Source: Candidatus Komeilibacteria bacterium
GTDB taxonomy: Bacteria; Patescibacteriota; Patescibacteriia; UBA1558; GWA2-36-10
Assembly: GCA_018656065.1 (NCBI GenBank)
Contig: JABHZY010000024.1
Span: 5,227 to 69,226 of the forward strand
DNA: 64,000 nucleotides
Reading direction: 5' to 3'
How positions within the stretch are numbered: the stretch's first letter is position 1; each line of letters begins with the position of its first letter. This document shows, piece by piece, positions 1 through 10,562 of the stretch. The notes beneath the pieces are model-generated. The model saw nothing but the letters and a program-made list of their open reading frames with translations, did no database searches and was not told the DNA's origin. The position numbers and the translations under genes were made by a program.

Positions 1-1
1 T

Positions 2-211
2 GATAGCGGAGGAGTCAAAGAAGTATTTAATAGTTCTAAGCAGGCTATTTTAGTGCCTGGTGACGATTTAAGAGCTTTAGTAATAGCAATTAAGAACTTA
101 TTGAATAATCCTTTAGAAGCTGATAAACTAGCAGTTGCCGCCTATAAGCGAGCTGGGCAATTTAAAGGCGCTCAAGAACAGTCATTAATATTAAAAGAAA
201 TTTTAAAATAG
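2..211 (+). CDS. C-terminal end of a GT-B (family 1/4) glycosyltransferase; 5' part lies outside the window
   Basis: Open frame from the window edge to TAG at 209-211. Translation ...GGVKEVFNSSKQAILVPGDDLRALVIAIKNLL... resembles GT4 C-termini. Confidence 0.6.
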   Translation, partial: DSGGVKEVFNSSKQAILVPGDDLRALVIAIKNLLNNPLEADKLAVAAYKRAGQFKGAQEQSLILKEILK

Positions 212-212
212 T

Positions 213-1382
213 ATGAAAAAATTTGATGTCATAATGCTCAACATGTCTAATTATTCCGAATGGGATGAGGGTGTTTCTAATCGTAATTATCATATTTTAC
301 GTGAGCTTTTAAATAGAGAAGAAGTCGGTAAAGTTTTGGCTGTAGATTATTTGCCACTTAATTTTAAAAGAGCTTTACGAACTTATAAAGAAGACTTGGT
401 TTTAAATATTGATAAATCTAAGATAGTAAAGAGAGGATTGACTCATAAAGTTTCTAAAATTTCTGAAAAACTTTATGTCTATACTGATATAGATTTTTGG
501 CTGAGACCAAAGAGTAGTATGAATAGAATTAAAAAGACTGCTATTGATTTGGGATTTGATGACTTTGTATTATGGTCATACTATCCTTTTGCTGCCCCGC
601 ATTGGGATAACATGGGTCAGAAGATGACAATTTTTGACGCAGTAGATAATTGGTTGCTTCATTCCTCTTATGAGAAATATACAGATAGGCTTAAGGCTAA
701 TTATGAAAAAATAAAAGATGAAACAGATTTAATTTTTGTAGTTTCTAAAAATCTAACTAATTTTTTTGATGATCAACCAAATGTCTATTGGGTGCCAAAT
801 GGAGTAGATATAAAACATTATAATAAAAAGTTTGCTCTAATGAACAGAGATATTTCTGATATTGCTAAACCGATAATTGGTTATGTTGGTGTAGTGCAAA
901 AAAAAGTTGATTTTGAATTATTAAAATATTTAGCTGATAAAAATCCTGATAAGTCTATTGTGATTGTTGGGCCAGTTTGGGCAGAGCAGGAAAAAGCTAA
1001 AGAAGTCTTAGCGCAACAAAAAAATGTATATTTCTTAGGCTATAAAAAATATAACGAAGCTCCTCAATATATCCAGCAATTTGATGTAGGAATAATTCCA
1101 CACAAAACAGCTGGTTTTAGTGCTACTACCAATCCAATGAAAATGTATGAATATTTAGCCTGTGGTAAACCAGTAGTTGCTACTGATAATATTGGGACAG
1201 AAAATGTAGAAGATATGATTTCTGTAGCTAAAGATTATGAAAGTTTTAATCAAGCTGTTAATAATGCTTTAGAAAATGATAAGCCAGAAGCTATAACTAA
1301 ACGCCGAGAGTTTGTTAAAAAGTTTTCTTGGTTTAATACAGTATCTAAGATGATTGATTTAGTTAATAATAAATTTAATTAG
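213..1382 (+). CDS. glycosyltransferase, GT-B fold (family 1/4)
   Basis: 389-aa ORF. The C-terminal NPMKMYEYLACGKPVVAT stretch is typical of the GT4 EX7E region. Lies in a cluster of glycan genes. Confidence 0.85.
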   Translation: MKKFDVIMLNMSNYSEWDEGVSNRNYHILRELLNREEVGKVLAVDYLPLNFKRALRTYKEDLVLNIDKSKIVKRGLTHKVSKISEKLYVYTDIDFWLRPKSSMNRIKKTAIDLGFDDFVLWSYYPFAAPHWDNMGQKMTIFDAVDNWLLHSSYEKYTDRLKANYEKIKDETDLIFVVSKNLTNFFDDQPNVYWVPNGVDIKHYNKKFALMNRDISDIAKPIIGYVGVVQKKVDFELLKYLADKNPDKSIVIVGPVWAEQEKAKEVLAQQKNVYFLGYKKYNEAPQYIQQFDVGIIPHKTAGFSATTNPMKMYEYLACGKPVVATDNIGTENVEDMISVAKDYESFNQAVNNALENDKPEAITKRREFVKKFSWFNTVSKMIDLVNNKFN

Positions 1383-1383
1383 T

Positions 1384-2250
1384 ATGAGGCCAGATATTTC
1401 CATTGTTATTGTTAATTGGAAAGCTAAAGATTTTTTAAAGAAATGTCTAAAATCTATTTTTGATTATCAAAACGATTATCAAGTAGAAGTATTTGTCGTA
1501 GATAATGATAGTCAGGATGGTAGTGTAGAAATGCTTAAAGAAAAATTTCCTCAAGTAATTTTAATGCCCCTAGCTAAAAATATTGGTTTTGGCGCTGCGA
1601 ATAATTTAGCTATAGATAAGGCCCAAGCAGAATATATATTTTTATTAAATCCTGATACAGAATTGACTAAAGACTTTTTAGATCACGCCTTTGTTTATAT
1701 GCAAAGTAATCCAGGGGTTGGTATTATAGCCCCTAAAATTCTAAATAGTGATGGTAGTCAACAATTATCAATTAGGCGTAATCCAAATTTGTTGTCTCAA
1801 ATTCTAGTGTTGTTTAAGCTGATAAATATATTGCCTAATAACAGAATATTAAGTAATTATTTATTTAAAAATTTTGATTATACTAAAGAACAATCAGTGG
1901 ATCAAATAATGGGTGCGGCTATGTTAATTCATAAGTCTGTTTTTGAAAAAATAGGTATTTTTGATGAAAAGTTTTTTATTTGGTTTGAGGAGGTTGATTT
2001 ATGCAAAAGAGCTCGTCAGGCCAATATAAGTATAAGATATTTTCCAGGCGCCGAGATTGTCCATCATGGCGGAGAGAGTTTTTCACAGGCGAATAGTTTG
2101 AAGAAGCAGTTATTTTTTAATAATAGCTTGCTATATTATTTTTATAAACATAAGGCTATCTGGCAGAGTTTTATAATTTTGTTATTGATTCCAATTAATA
2201 TAATTTTGACATTAGTTTATGTCATATTTTTCAAAAGAAAAACAAAATAG
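1384..2250 (+). CDS. family 2 glycosyltransferase
   Basis: N-terminal ISIVIVNWK...VVDNDSQDGS and LNPDT motifs (GT-A DXD type). C-terminal TM helix. Confidence 0.9.
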   Translation: MRPDISIVIVNWKAKDFLKKCLKSIFDYQNDYQVEVFVVDNDSQDGSVEMLKEKFPQVILMPLAKNIGFGAANNLAIDKAQAEYIFLLNPDTELTKDFLDHAFVYMQSNPGVGIIAPKILNSDGSQQLSIRRNPNLLSQILVLFKLINILPNNRILSNYLFKNFDYTKEQSVDQIMGAAMLIHKSVFEKIGIFDEKFFIWFEEVDLCKRARQANISIRYFPGAEIVHHGGESFSQANSLKKQLFFNNSLLYYFYKHKAIWQSFIILLLIPINIILTLVYVIFFKRKTK

Positions 2251-3667
2251 ATTTTTTCCTAAGTGGTTGGTAATATTTATAGTTTTAGAATTATTATCTG
2301 GCCTAGCTTGGCGTTTTAACGATCTTAATTGGGTTGTGCTACTTATTATCGCTTTAGTTAGCTTATTTTTTCTTTTTAAAAAACCAATTTATTCTCTTTA
2401 TATACCCTTGGCTGAAATTTTTTGGGGATCATTGGGTCACAGCTTTGATTATAATATTATTAACACCCGACTACTAATATTTATATTAGTAGTGCTAGTT
2501 TTTGTAATTACAAATATACGTCAATTAAATAAGTTAAAACTCTTCAAGGATAAAGCTTTGGGTAGAGTTTATTTGTTTTTATTATTTTTTATATTAGTTA
2601 CTGTTGTATCCGGATATTATAATAGCTATAATCTTAAAAAAGTATTTTTTGATGCTAATGCTTATTTCTATCTTTTATATTTACCTATTTGGTATGAAGT
2701 TTACGATAAAAAATATTTAAAAAATGTATTTGATATATTAAAAGCAGCTGTTTTAGTAATAGCTGTTAAAACCTTAGTGTTACTTAATATTTTTTCTCAA
2801 GGTTATGAATTTATAGATACAGATAGTATCTATAAATGGGTTAGAGACACTAGAACAGGAGAAATTACACCGTTCAAAGATTCTTTTTTTAGAATTTTTA
2901 TGCAATCTCAATTTTATTTAATCTTGGCTTGGTTTTGGTTGTTTTTAAAGCAGATGAAGGATTTCAAGAATAAAAATAGTTTTTTATTACTAGCTATTAT
3001 CTCCGCGGCATTAATGATTTCTTTATCTCGTAGTTTCTGGTTAGGAGCTTTTATTGGCCTATTATTTATAGTGATAAATATTTTTATTTATCAAAAAAAG
3101 CGTATTTCATTTCATATATTTTTATCTTTAGGTGCTGTAGCTGTAGCGGGTATTTTATTGGTACAGGTTTTTTACAATTTACCAATTTATAAAAATATAA
3201 ATATTTTTACACAACGCACAACTAGTGTAGCTGAACCAGCTGCTAATACTCGTAGTCAATTATGGGGACCAATGTGGCAAACAATAGCAGAGCGTCCAGT
3301 AATTGGGCATGGTTTCGGTAAAGAGATTAGTTTTAAATCTTCAGATCCTCGTATAAAAAATGTAGATAATCCTGAAGGCTGGACTACTACTTATGCTTTT
3401 GAATGGGGTTGGATGGATCAATTAGTTAAGGGCGGGGGGATACTAGTCTTATTATTTGTTATTTGGATAATGCAGCTTTATTATCGGGCTTATGTTAGGA
3501 TAACAACTGACCCTGTACTTAGCTTAGTATTAACCGCTACATTGACTAGTTTGCTAATTATTCATATATTTACACCATATATTAATCATCCGTTAGGTTT
3601 AGCATTTTTAATGCTTGTTAGTATAATTTTTGGATCGTATGCAAAAAAAACCAACAGTTACTATTAG
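2219..3667 (+). CDS. O-antigen ligase/polymerase-like polytopic membrane protein
   Basis: 482-aa ORF that is almost entirely hydrophobic helices with one large loop. Sits among GT genes. Confidence 0.7.
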   Translation: MSYFSKEKQNRFFPKWLVIFIVLELLSGLAWRFNDLNWVVLLIIALVSLFFLFKKPIYSLYIPLAEIFWGSLGHSFDYNIINTRLLIFILVVLVFVITNIRQLNKLKLFKDKALGRVYLFLLFFILVTVVSGYYNSYNLKKVFFDANAYFYLLYLPIWYEVYDKKYLKNVFDILKAAVLVIAVKTLVLLNIFSQGYEFIDTDSIYKWVRDTRTGEITPFKDSFFRIFMQSQFYLILAWFWLFLKQMKDFKNKNSFLLLAIISAALMISLSRSFWLGAFIGLLFIVINIFIYQKKRISFHIFLSLGAVAVAGILLVQVFYNLPIYKNINIFTQRTTSVAEPAANTRSQLWGPMWQTIAERPVIGHGFGKEISFKSSDPRIKNVDNPEGWTTTYAFEWGWMDQLVKGGGILVLLFVIWIMQLYYRAYVRITTDPVLSLVLTATLTSLLIIHIFTPYINHPLGLAFLMLVSIIFGSYAKKTNSYY

Positions 3668-4637
3668 TTTACTTACTTGGAATGGTCAAAAGTATTTACC
3701 TTGGCTATTGAAGAGTTTATCTAAACAATCCTTTAAGGATTGGGAGCTTTTGGTTCTTGATAATGCCTCTACTGATAAATCAGTAGATATAATACGAGAA
3801 TATTATCCTAAGGCGAGAATTGTACATCAAAAACAAAATATTGGTTTTGCCAAAGGGCATAATCTACTTATTAATTGGTCTAATTCAGATTATATATTAG
3901 TTTTAAATCAGGATTTGATATTAGAGCCAAATTATATCAGAGAGCTGGTAGATTTTTTACAACAAAATACTAAAGTAGCTAGTTGTAGTGGTAAGTTAAT
4001 GTATTGGAATTTTAAGGCTGGTCTTAAAACTAAGACTATAGATTCTTATGGTTTTAAAATAGATAAAAAAAGAGAAGTGACTGATAGATATCAAGGACGG
4101 TCAGAAATAAAAATTGATAATGAAGAGGTCTTTGGCTTATCAGCTACGGCCACTTTATATAGACGCAAAGCACTGGAGATTATAGCTGGGCAAGCAAAAG
4201 CTAATCATTTTCAATATTTTGATGAAGATTTTTTTGCTTATAAAGAAGATATTGATTTAGCTTGGCGACTTAGATTATTTGCTTGGGAAAATTGGTTAGT
4301 TACTACTACTAAAGCTTATCATCACCGCAGTGTGTCTAAAGGTAAGGATCTTAAAGAGTCTCGTAAGACTAGGGGGTTTGCTAATAAACTTTCTTATCGC
4401 AATCATTTAATGTTACTTTATAAAAATTCTTTTTATAAAAACCTGTTTAAAGATTTTTTAGCTATTAAATGGTATGAGTTTAAAAAATTTGTTTATTTAT
4501 TATTATTTGAAAGAAGCACTCTAGTAGGTGTAAAAGAATATTTTGCTAATATTCCAAGTTTAGCTAAAAAAAGAAAATACATTATGAGACATAGAAAAGT
4601 GAATGCAGATGAAATATATAAATGGTTTGAAAAATAA
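3630..4637 (+). CDS. family 2 glycosyltransferase
   Basis: VTISLLTWNG...VLDNASTDKS and LNQD motifs. Confidence 0.85.
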   Translation: MDRMQKKPTVTISLLTWNGQKYLPWLLKSLSKQSFKDWELLVLDNASTDKSVDIIREYYPKARIVHQKQNIGFAKGHNLLINWSNSDYILVLNQDLILEPNYIRELVDFLQQNTKVASCSGKLMYWNFKAGLKTKTIDSYGFKIDKKREVTDRYQGRSEIKIDNEEVFGLSATATLYRRKALEIIAGQAKANHFQYFDEDFFAYKEDIDLAWRLRLFAWENWLVTTTKAYHHRSVSKGKDLKESRKTRGFANKLSYRNHLMLLYKNSFYKNLFKDFLAIKWYEFKKFVYLLLFERSTLVGVKEYFANIPSLAKKRKYIMRHRKVNADEIYKWFEK

Positions 4638-4638
4638 T

Positions 4639-5445
4639 ATGGAACTTTCAATTGTAATTTTAAATTATAATAATAAAAATTTAGTCAAAGAACTTTTAAA
4701 GAATTTGACAGAATTAAATATTTCATATCAGTATGAGATTATTGTAGTTGATAATGCTTCTTATGATGGCATAAAAGATATTATTAAAGAAAAATTTCCA
4801 AATATTAAATTTATTCAGAGTGACAAGAATGGCGGTTTTGCTTCTGGTAATAATCTTGGCATTAAAGAAGCTCAGGGTAAGTATATTATGATTATGAATC
4901 CTGATTTAGCAATTTTATCTGACGCTATAGATAAACTTTATCAATATATGGAAAATAATCTTGAGGTGGCTTTGGCTGGACCAAGATTAATTAATGCTGA
5001 TAAAAGTGTACAGCCATCTTGTACCACATTACCAGATTGGAAGCTACCAATGTACAGACGCACATCTTTAGCCAATACTAAAGCTGGGAAGAAATGGTTA
5101 GATAAATATTTAATGAAGGATTTAGATCATTATAAAAATAATTATGTCCCAGCTTTGTTTGGAGCTTGTTTAATTTTTCGTCGTGATGCGCTAGATAAGG
5201 TGGGTTTATTAGATGAGCGCTATTTTATGTATTTAGAAGATTTAGATTGGTCTCGTCGTTTTTGGCAGAATGGCTATAAAGTGGCTTATGTTGGCGAAGC
5301 TGAGATTATCCACTTACATCGTCGTCAATCAGCTGCCCAGGGGCTTTTGAAGACATTATTTTCCAAAACAGCTCGTAATCATATTATTAGTTTTGTTAAA
5401 TATCTCCTAAAATTTAAGGGTCAGAAATTACCTAAAATTTCTTAA
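4639..5445 (+). CDS. family 2 glycosyltransferase
   Basis: MELSIVILNYNN...VVDNASYDG and MNPD motifs. The ATG at 4639 sits just after the upstream stop and is preferred to the track start at 4603. Confidence 0.85.
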   Translation: MELSIVILNYNNKNLVKELLKNLTELNISYQYEIIVVDNASYDGIKDIIKEKFPNIKFIQSDKNGGFASGNNLGIKEAQGKYIMIMNPDLAILSDAIDKLYQYMENNLEVALAGPRLINADKSVQPSCTTLPDWKLPMYRRTSLANTKAGKKWLDKYLMKDLDHYKNNYVPALFGACLIFRRDALDKVGLLDERYFMYLEDLDWSRRFWQNGYKVAYVGEAEIIHLHRRQSAAQGLLKTLFSKTARNHIISFVKYLLKFKGQKLPKIS

Positions 5446-5506
5446 TTTTACCTTGATTTATAAGCCAATTTCTTGTATTATTATTTTATAAGAAATTTTT
5501 AAATTT

Positions 5507-7009
5507 ATGGCAAAAAACCAAGAAAAAGAGCTTGATATCAATGATGAATATCAACAAAGATTAGCTAAATTAGATAATCTAAGAGAAGCTAAAATAGACC
5601 CTTATCCAGCCCAAAGTAATAAAACTACTGATGTGGCTGATTTTTTGAAAGATTTTGATAAATTATTAGCTAGCCAGAAGAAAATAATAATTGGAGGTAG
5701 GATTACTAGCTTACGTCTACAAGGTGGTTCCTGTTTTTTTCATTTTCAAGATTATTCGGGAAAAGTTCAAATATTTTTTAGAAAAGATCAGATCGGGGCA
5801 GAGGACTATAAAATTTTTAAAGAAAATATTGATACAGGCGATTTTATAGAAGTGGCTGGTACAGCTTTTGAAACTAAGACTAAAGAACCAACTCTTTTAG
5901 CTACAAGTTGGCAAGTTTTATCTAAGGCTTTATTGTCATTGCCAGATGAGTATTATGGCTTGAAAGATCCTGATCTTAGATTCAGAAAAAGATATTTAGA
6001 TTTATTAGTCAATCCAAAAGTAAAAGATACTTTTAAATTACGTAGCGATGTTATTAAATTGACTCGTCAATATTTTGATAAAGAAGGTTTTATAGAAGTA
6101 GACACTCCAGTTCTACAATCTGTAGCCGGCGGAGCCACCGCTGAGCCATTTATTACTCATCACAATGCTTTGGACATTGATATGTATCTTAGAGTCGCTC
6201 CTGAGTTGTATCTAAAACGTCTGATAGTTGGCGGCTATGATCAGGTTTATGAAATGGCTCGTTGTTTTAGAAATGAAGGTATAGATCATCAACATAATCC
6301 AGAGTTTACTCAAATTGAAGCTTATTGGGCATACAAAGAATATAGCTTTTTGATGGAATGGATGGAAAAATATTTTGAATTTTTAGTAAAGGGTATTAAC
6401 AATGGCGATACCAAAATAAAAAATGCTAAAGATATAATTGATTTTAAAGGACCATATCCAAGACTTGATTTTAAAGAAGCCTTAGACAAAGCTTTAAAAA
6501 TTGATCTTGATAAAACTAGTGATAAAGAATTGGTAGATATTGCTAAGCAAGCTAAGTTAGATGTCGATAAAACCTGGGGTAGAGGTAAGTTGTTAGATGA
6601 ACTGTATAAGAAATTTGTACGTTCCAAACTTATCCAACCAACCTTTATTATCAACCATCCGCTAGAGCTTTCTCCACTATCTAAGAAAATGCCAGATAGA
6701 CCAGGTTATGTAGAAAGATTTCAATTGGTAGTTAAAACTGCGGAACTTTGCAATGCTTTTTCTGAGCTCAATGATCCACTTGATCAAGAAGAGCGTTTTG
6801 CTGAGCAAAAGAAACTTCACGAAGCTGGCGATCAAGAAGCTCAAGGATCTGATGCCGAGTTTGTTGAAGCTCTTAAACATGGTATGCCGCCAACAGTTGG
6901 TTTAGGTGTTGGTATTGATAGATTAGTAATGATGCTTGGTGATATAGAAAATATCAAAGAAGTTATTTTATTTCCAACTATGAGACCAAAAAATAATGAA
7001 AATAAATAA
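5507..7009 (+). CDS. lysS: lysine--tRNA ligase (class II)
   Basis: 500 aa. OB-fold N-terminus and class II motifs including CFRNEGIDHQHNPEFTQIE and GVGIDRLVM. Confidence 0.97.
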   Translation: MAKNQEKELDINDEYQQRLAKLDNLREAKIDPYPAQSNKTTDVADFLKDFDKLLASQKKIIIGGRITSLRLQGGSCFFHFQDYSGKVQIFFRKDQIGAEDYKIFKENIDTGDFIEVAGTAFETKTKEPTLLATSWQVLSKALLSLPDEYYGLKDPDLRFRKRYLDLLVNPKVKDTFKLRSDVIKLTRQYFDKEGFIEVDTPVLQSVAGGATAEPFITHHNALDIDMYLRVAPELYLKRLIVGGYDQVYEMARCFRNEGIDHQHNPEFTQIEAYWAYKEYSFLMEWMEKYFEFLVKGINNGDTKIKNAKDIIDFKGPYPRLDFKEALDKALKIDLDKTSDKELVDIAKQAKLDVDKTWGRGKLLDELYKKFVRSKLIQPTFIINHPLELSPLSKKMPDRPGYVERFQLVVKTAELCNAFSELNDPLDQEERFAEQKKLHEAGDQEAQGSDAEFVEALKHGMPPTVGLGVGIDRLVMMLGDIENIKEVILFPTMRPKNNENK

Positions 7010-7595
7010 ATTATTAATAGCTACGCATAATATAGGTAAGTTTAAAGAATCAGAAGAAAGGCTTAGTAAAAATTTGCCAAATACAAAAATTATTTCATTA
7101 TCAGATCTAGGTATCACAGAAGATTTTGAAGAAACAGGTGAAACTTATGAAGAAAATGCTATGGGTAAAGCTAAATTTTATTATAATTTGGCTAAAATAC
7201 CAACTATAGCTGATGATTCAGGATTATCAGTTGATGCCTTAGGAGGAGAACCAGGAGTACATTCTAGAACTTGGCCAGGCTATACAGCCACAGATGAAGA
7301 ATTGTTGGAAATGATTTTAGATAAAATGAAAGATGTACCTAAAGATAAAAGAACAGCTTGCTTTGTCACGGTCATAGCATTTTATAACGGTGCAGAAGAA
7401 ATGATAGCTAAGGGAGAAGAATTTGGAAGTATATCTGATAAGTCTGAATCAAAAATGGATGAAGGCTTGCCATATAGCGCAGTATTTTTTCCTAAAGGAC
7501 ATAATAAAGTATTTTCACAGTTAAGTATTGAAGAAAAAAATGCGATAAGCCATCGTGGTAGAGCATTAGAAAAAATAATTAAAAAATTAAAATAA
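6996..7595 (+). CDS. rdgB: non-canonical purine NTP pyrophosphatase (RdgB/HAM1 family)
   Basis: IATHNIGKFKE N-terminus and ISHRGRAL C-terminal motif. Confidence 0.88.
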   Translation: MKINKLLIATHNIGKFKESEERLSKNLPNTKIISLSDLGITEDFEETGETYEENAMGKAKFYYNLAKIPTIADDSGLSVDALGGEPGVHSRTWPGYTATDEELLEMILDKMKDVPKDKRTACFVTVIAFYNGAEEMIAKGEEFGSISDKSESKMDEGLPYSAVFFPKGHNKVFSQLSIEEKNAISHRGRALEKIIKKLK

Positions 7596-7596
7596 T

Positions 7597-8166
7597 ATGG
7601 ATAAAAGAAATCTTTTGATCATGACTGGGGGAATATTAATAGCCTTGGTTTTGATGTTGAGTTTTCCAGTTAAAAAAATTACTATGGAAGAAGCAATTAT
7701 AAAAACAAATAAAGGAGATATCAAGGTAGCCTTATTTCTTAACAGAGTGCCAGTCACTGTAGAAAATTTTGTAAAATTAGCTCAAGATGATGTTTATAAT
7801 GACGTAAAATTTCACAGAGTAATGGAAGATTTTATGATTCAAACCGGTGATCCTCAAACTAAAGGTGAAGAAGGAAAAGATTTTGTTTACACTCCAGATA
7901 ATAGTGGTTTGCCAATCGCTGGTACCGGTGGACCAGGTTATACATTTGAAGATGAATTTCATCCAAATTTAAAACATAATATAGCTGGTATTTTATCTAT
8001 GGCTAATTCAGGTCCTGACACCAATGGTTCGCAATTTTTCATTACACATCTACCAACTCCTTGGTTAGATGGTAAACACAGCGTCTTTGGTCGGGTTTTA
8101 GAAGGTCAGGATGTAGTTGATTCAATAGTGCAAGGTGATTATATAAAGAAAGTAGTAATCAAATAG
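7597..8166 (+). CDS. ppiB: cyclophilin-type peptidyl-prolyl isomerase with N-terminal membrane anchor
   Basis: FHRVMEDFMIQTGDP and SMANSGPDTNGSQFFI motifs. Hydrophobic N-terminus. Confidence 0.92.
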   Translation: MDKRNLLIMTGGILIALVLMLSFPVKKITMEEAIIKTNKGDIKVALFLNRVPVTVENFVKLAQDDVYNDVKFHRVMEDFMIQTGDPQTKGEEGKDFVYTPDNSGLPIAGTGGPGYTFEDEFHPNLKHNIAGILSMANSGPDTNGSQFFITHLPTPWLDGKHSVFGRVLEGQDVVDSIVQGDYIKKVVIK

Positions 8167-8167
8167 T

Positions 8168-9415
8168 ATGTTAGATATTAAAAAAATTAGAGAAAATAAA
8201 AAAGACATTGAAAAATCTCTTCTTAAGCGTATAGATAAAAAAGATCTTGATTTAGATAAGATTTTAAAGCTCGATGATCAACGCAAAGAATATTTACTAG
8301 AAGTAGAGCAGCTGCAAGCTGAGCGTAATAAATCCTCTAAAACTAAGCCGGACGCTAAAACTATCAAAGCCATGAAAGCTTTGGGTGAAAAAATAAATTT
8401 TCTTGAAGCTAGTTTATTTGCCGTAGAAGATGAATTACAAGAAGCTTTAGCAGCTTTACCAAATATTGTAGCAGATGAAGTGGTAGCAGGCGGTAAGGAA
8501 AATAATAAAATTATTAAGACTTTTAGTGATAAGCCAAAATTAAATTTTGAAGCAAAAAATCACGTTGATTTAGCTACTGATTTAGGTCTGATAGATTATG
8601 AAAGAGCCGCTAAGATGTCTGGGGCTGGTTTCTGGGCTTATATTGGCGATGGAGCTTTACTTGAATGGGCTTTGCTTAATTATTTTGCTGATTATCATAG
8701 AGACAATAATTATACTTTTATAATTCCACCATACTTATTAACTGAGCAATCAGCTTTTACTTCTGGGCATTTACCGAAATTCAAAGATGATTTGTTTTGG
8801 GCTACTAAAGATAAATTATGCCTTAATGCTACTTCTGAAATGATGCTGGGGAATTATCATCGTGATGAGATGTTAGACACAAAATCTTTGCCATTAAAAT
8901 ATTATGCTTATTCAACTTGTTTTCGTAGAGAGGCTGGATCTTATAGAGCAGAGGAGAGAGGTATGATTCGTGGGCATCAGTTTAATAAAATTGAAATGTT
9001 TCAGTTTACTAAGCCAGCCGATTCATGGACAGCTTTTGATGAATTGTTAAAGCACGCTGAAAATCTTGTTGAAGGCCTAGGTTTACATTATACGTCTGTT
9101 CAGCTAGCCGCTGGGGATTGTAGTGCAGCAATGGCCAAGACAATAGATATAGAAGTTTGGATTCCATCTATGAATGGCTATAAAGAAGTATCTAGTGTGT
9201 CTAATGCTTTGGATTATCAAGCAAGGCGTGGTAATACTAGATTTAAAGATACTGATGGCAAAAATAAATTTGTACATACTCTAAATGCTTCAGGATTAGC
9301 TACTAGCCGTATTTTTCCAGCTATCTTAGAGCAATATCAGCAAGCAGACGGTACAGTCAAGATTCCGGAAGCTTTGCGTAAATACATGGGTGATAAAGAA
9401 TTTTTAGGAAAATAA
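8168..9415 (+). CDS. serS: serine--tRNA ligase
   Basis: Coiled-coil N-terminal arm. TCFRREAGS and NASGLATSR class II motifs. Confidence 0.97.
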   Translation: MLDIKKIRENKKDIEKSLLKRIDKKDLDLDKILKLDDQRKEYLLEVEQLQAERNKSSKTKPDAKTIKAMKALGEKINFLEASLFAVEDELQEALAALPNIVADEVVAGGKENNKIIKTFSDKPKLNFEAKNHVDLATDLGLIDYERAAKMSGAGFWAYIGDGALLEWALLNYFADYHRDNNYTFIIPPYLLTEQSAFTSGHLPKFKDDLFWATKDKLCLNATSEMMLGNYHRDEMLDTKSLPLKYYAYSTCFRREAGSYRAEERGMIRGHQFNKIEMFQFTKPADSWTAFDELLKHAENLVEGLGLHYTSVQLAAGDCSAAMAKTIDIEVWIPSMNGYKEVSSVSNALDYQARRGNTRFKDTDGKNKFVHTLNASGLATSRIFPAILEQYQQADGTVKIPEALRKYMGDKEFLGK

Positions 9416-10512
9416 TGTTGACTTGGATAGAAATAAATAAAAAGAATATTTTACACAATATTAGGCAGTTCAAAAATTTGGCGCCTAAGGCTGAGTTTTG
9501 GCCAGTAGTTAAAAGTAATGCCTATGGTCATGGCAGTAAAGAAATAGTAGCTTTCCTTAAAGGCAATGATGATGTGTCTGGATTTATGGTCGCCAACTTG
9601 GAAGAAGCTTTAGAGATTAAAGCTTTGACTAATAAGCCAATTATAGTACTTAGTTATTTTGATAGAGAAAACACTGAACTTTTAGAACAAGTAGATTCAC
9701 AAATTTCCTTACCAATTTATGATTTAGATACAGTAGATTATTTACAAGCCTTGAATAAAGATATTTTAGTAAATGTAAAAATAGAGACAGGTACATCTCG
9801 TTTAGGTTTTAGAGTCGATGAAGCTAAGAAGGCAATAGAGCACATAGAAGCTAAGAAAAATATAAATATTTTTAGCATCTTTACTCATTATGCAGAATCT
9901 GAGGCTGAAGATCAGACTTTTACTAAAAATCAATTAGCTATTTTTGAAAAAGCTACTAAAGATTATAAAAAATATAAACTTCATTCTGCTTGTAGTGCAG
10001 CTAGTATAGCTTTACCTGAGTCTCAAGGAAATATTGTTAGAATTGGTTTAGCTTTTTATGGCCTATGGCCCAGTGAAGCGACTAAGAGAAGAGCCTGGAT
10101 GTCCAAAATGTGTTTACAGCCTTTAATGTCTTGGAAAACTAAAGTAGTTCAAATAAAGCAATTAAAAAAAGGTGATTCGGTTGGTTATAATAGATCATAT
10201 AAATGTACTAAGGATTGCAAAGTTGTGGTCTTACCAATTGGCTATAATGAGGGCTATAGTAGATTACTTTCTAATAGTGGAGAAGTATTAATTAAGGGGC
10301 AGCGATGTTCGGTAAGAGGTAATATTTGCATGAATCTTACAATGGCAGAGATTCCAAATGACCTAGATGTAGAAGTGGGGGAGGTAGTTACATTGTTGGG
10401 ACAAGATAATGGTCAAAATATTAGTGTTGAGGAAGTGGCTAAACAATGTCAGACTATAAATTATGAAATAGTCACTAGAATAAATCCAAATTTAATCAGA
10501 AAGATAGTTTAA
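9415..10512 (+). CDS. alr: alanine racemase
   Basis: PLP-lysine motif VVKSNAYGHG. Start overlaps the serS stop (TAATG). Confidence 0.93.
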   Translation: MLTWIEINKKNILHNIRQFKNLAPKAEFWPVVKSNAYGHGSKEIVAFLKGNDDVSGFMVANLEEALEIKALTNKPIIVLSYFDRENTELLEQVDSQISLPIYDLDTVDYLQALNKDILVNVKIETGTSRLGFRVDEAKKAIEHIEAKKNINIFSIFTHYAESEAEDQTFTKNQLAIFEKATKDYKKYKLHSACSAASIALPESQGNIVRIGLAFYGLWPSEATKRRAWMSKMCLQPLMSWKTKVVQIKQLKKGDSVGYNRSYKCTKDCKVVVLPIGYNEGYSRLLSNSGEVLIKGQRCSVRGNICMNLTMAEIPNDLDVEVGEVVTLLGQDNGQNISVEEVAKQCQTINYEIVTRINPNLIRKIV

Positions 10513-10562
10513 TATTTAACGTTTTACGACACATAATATATAGATATATATTAAAGTAGGGT

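Noticed and set aside
6322-6880. Antisense ORFs inside lysS. The same applies to similar antisense ORFs inside other long genes, e.g. 13626..14096, 15878..16171, 21554..21823, 42822..43124, 48597..49259, 50421..50980, 55762..56088 and 62677..62952.
   Set aside because: All lie fully within well-supported genes on the opposite strand. Their translations are low-complexity Ser/Leu/Phe/Ile-rich, and they have no independent signals.
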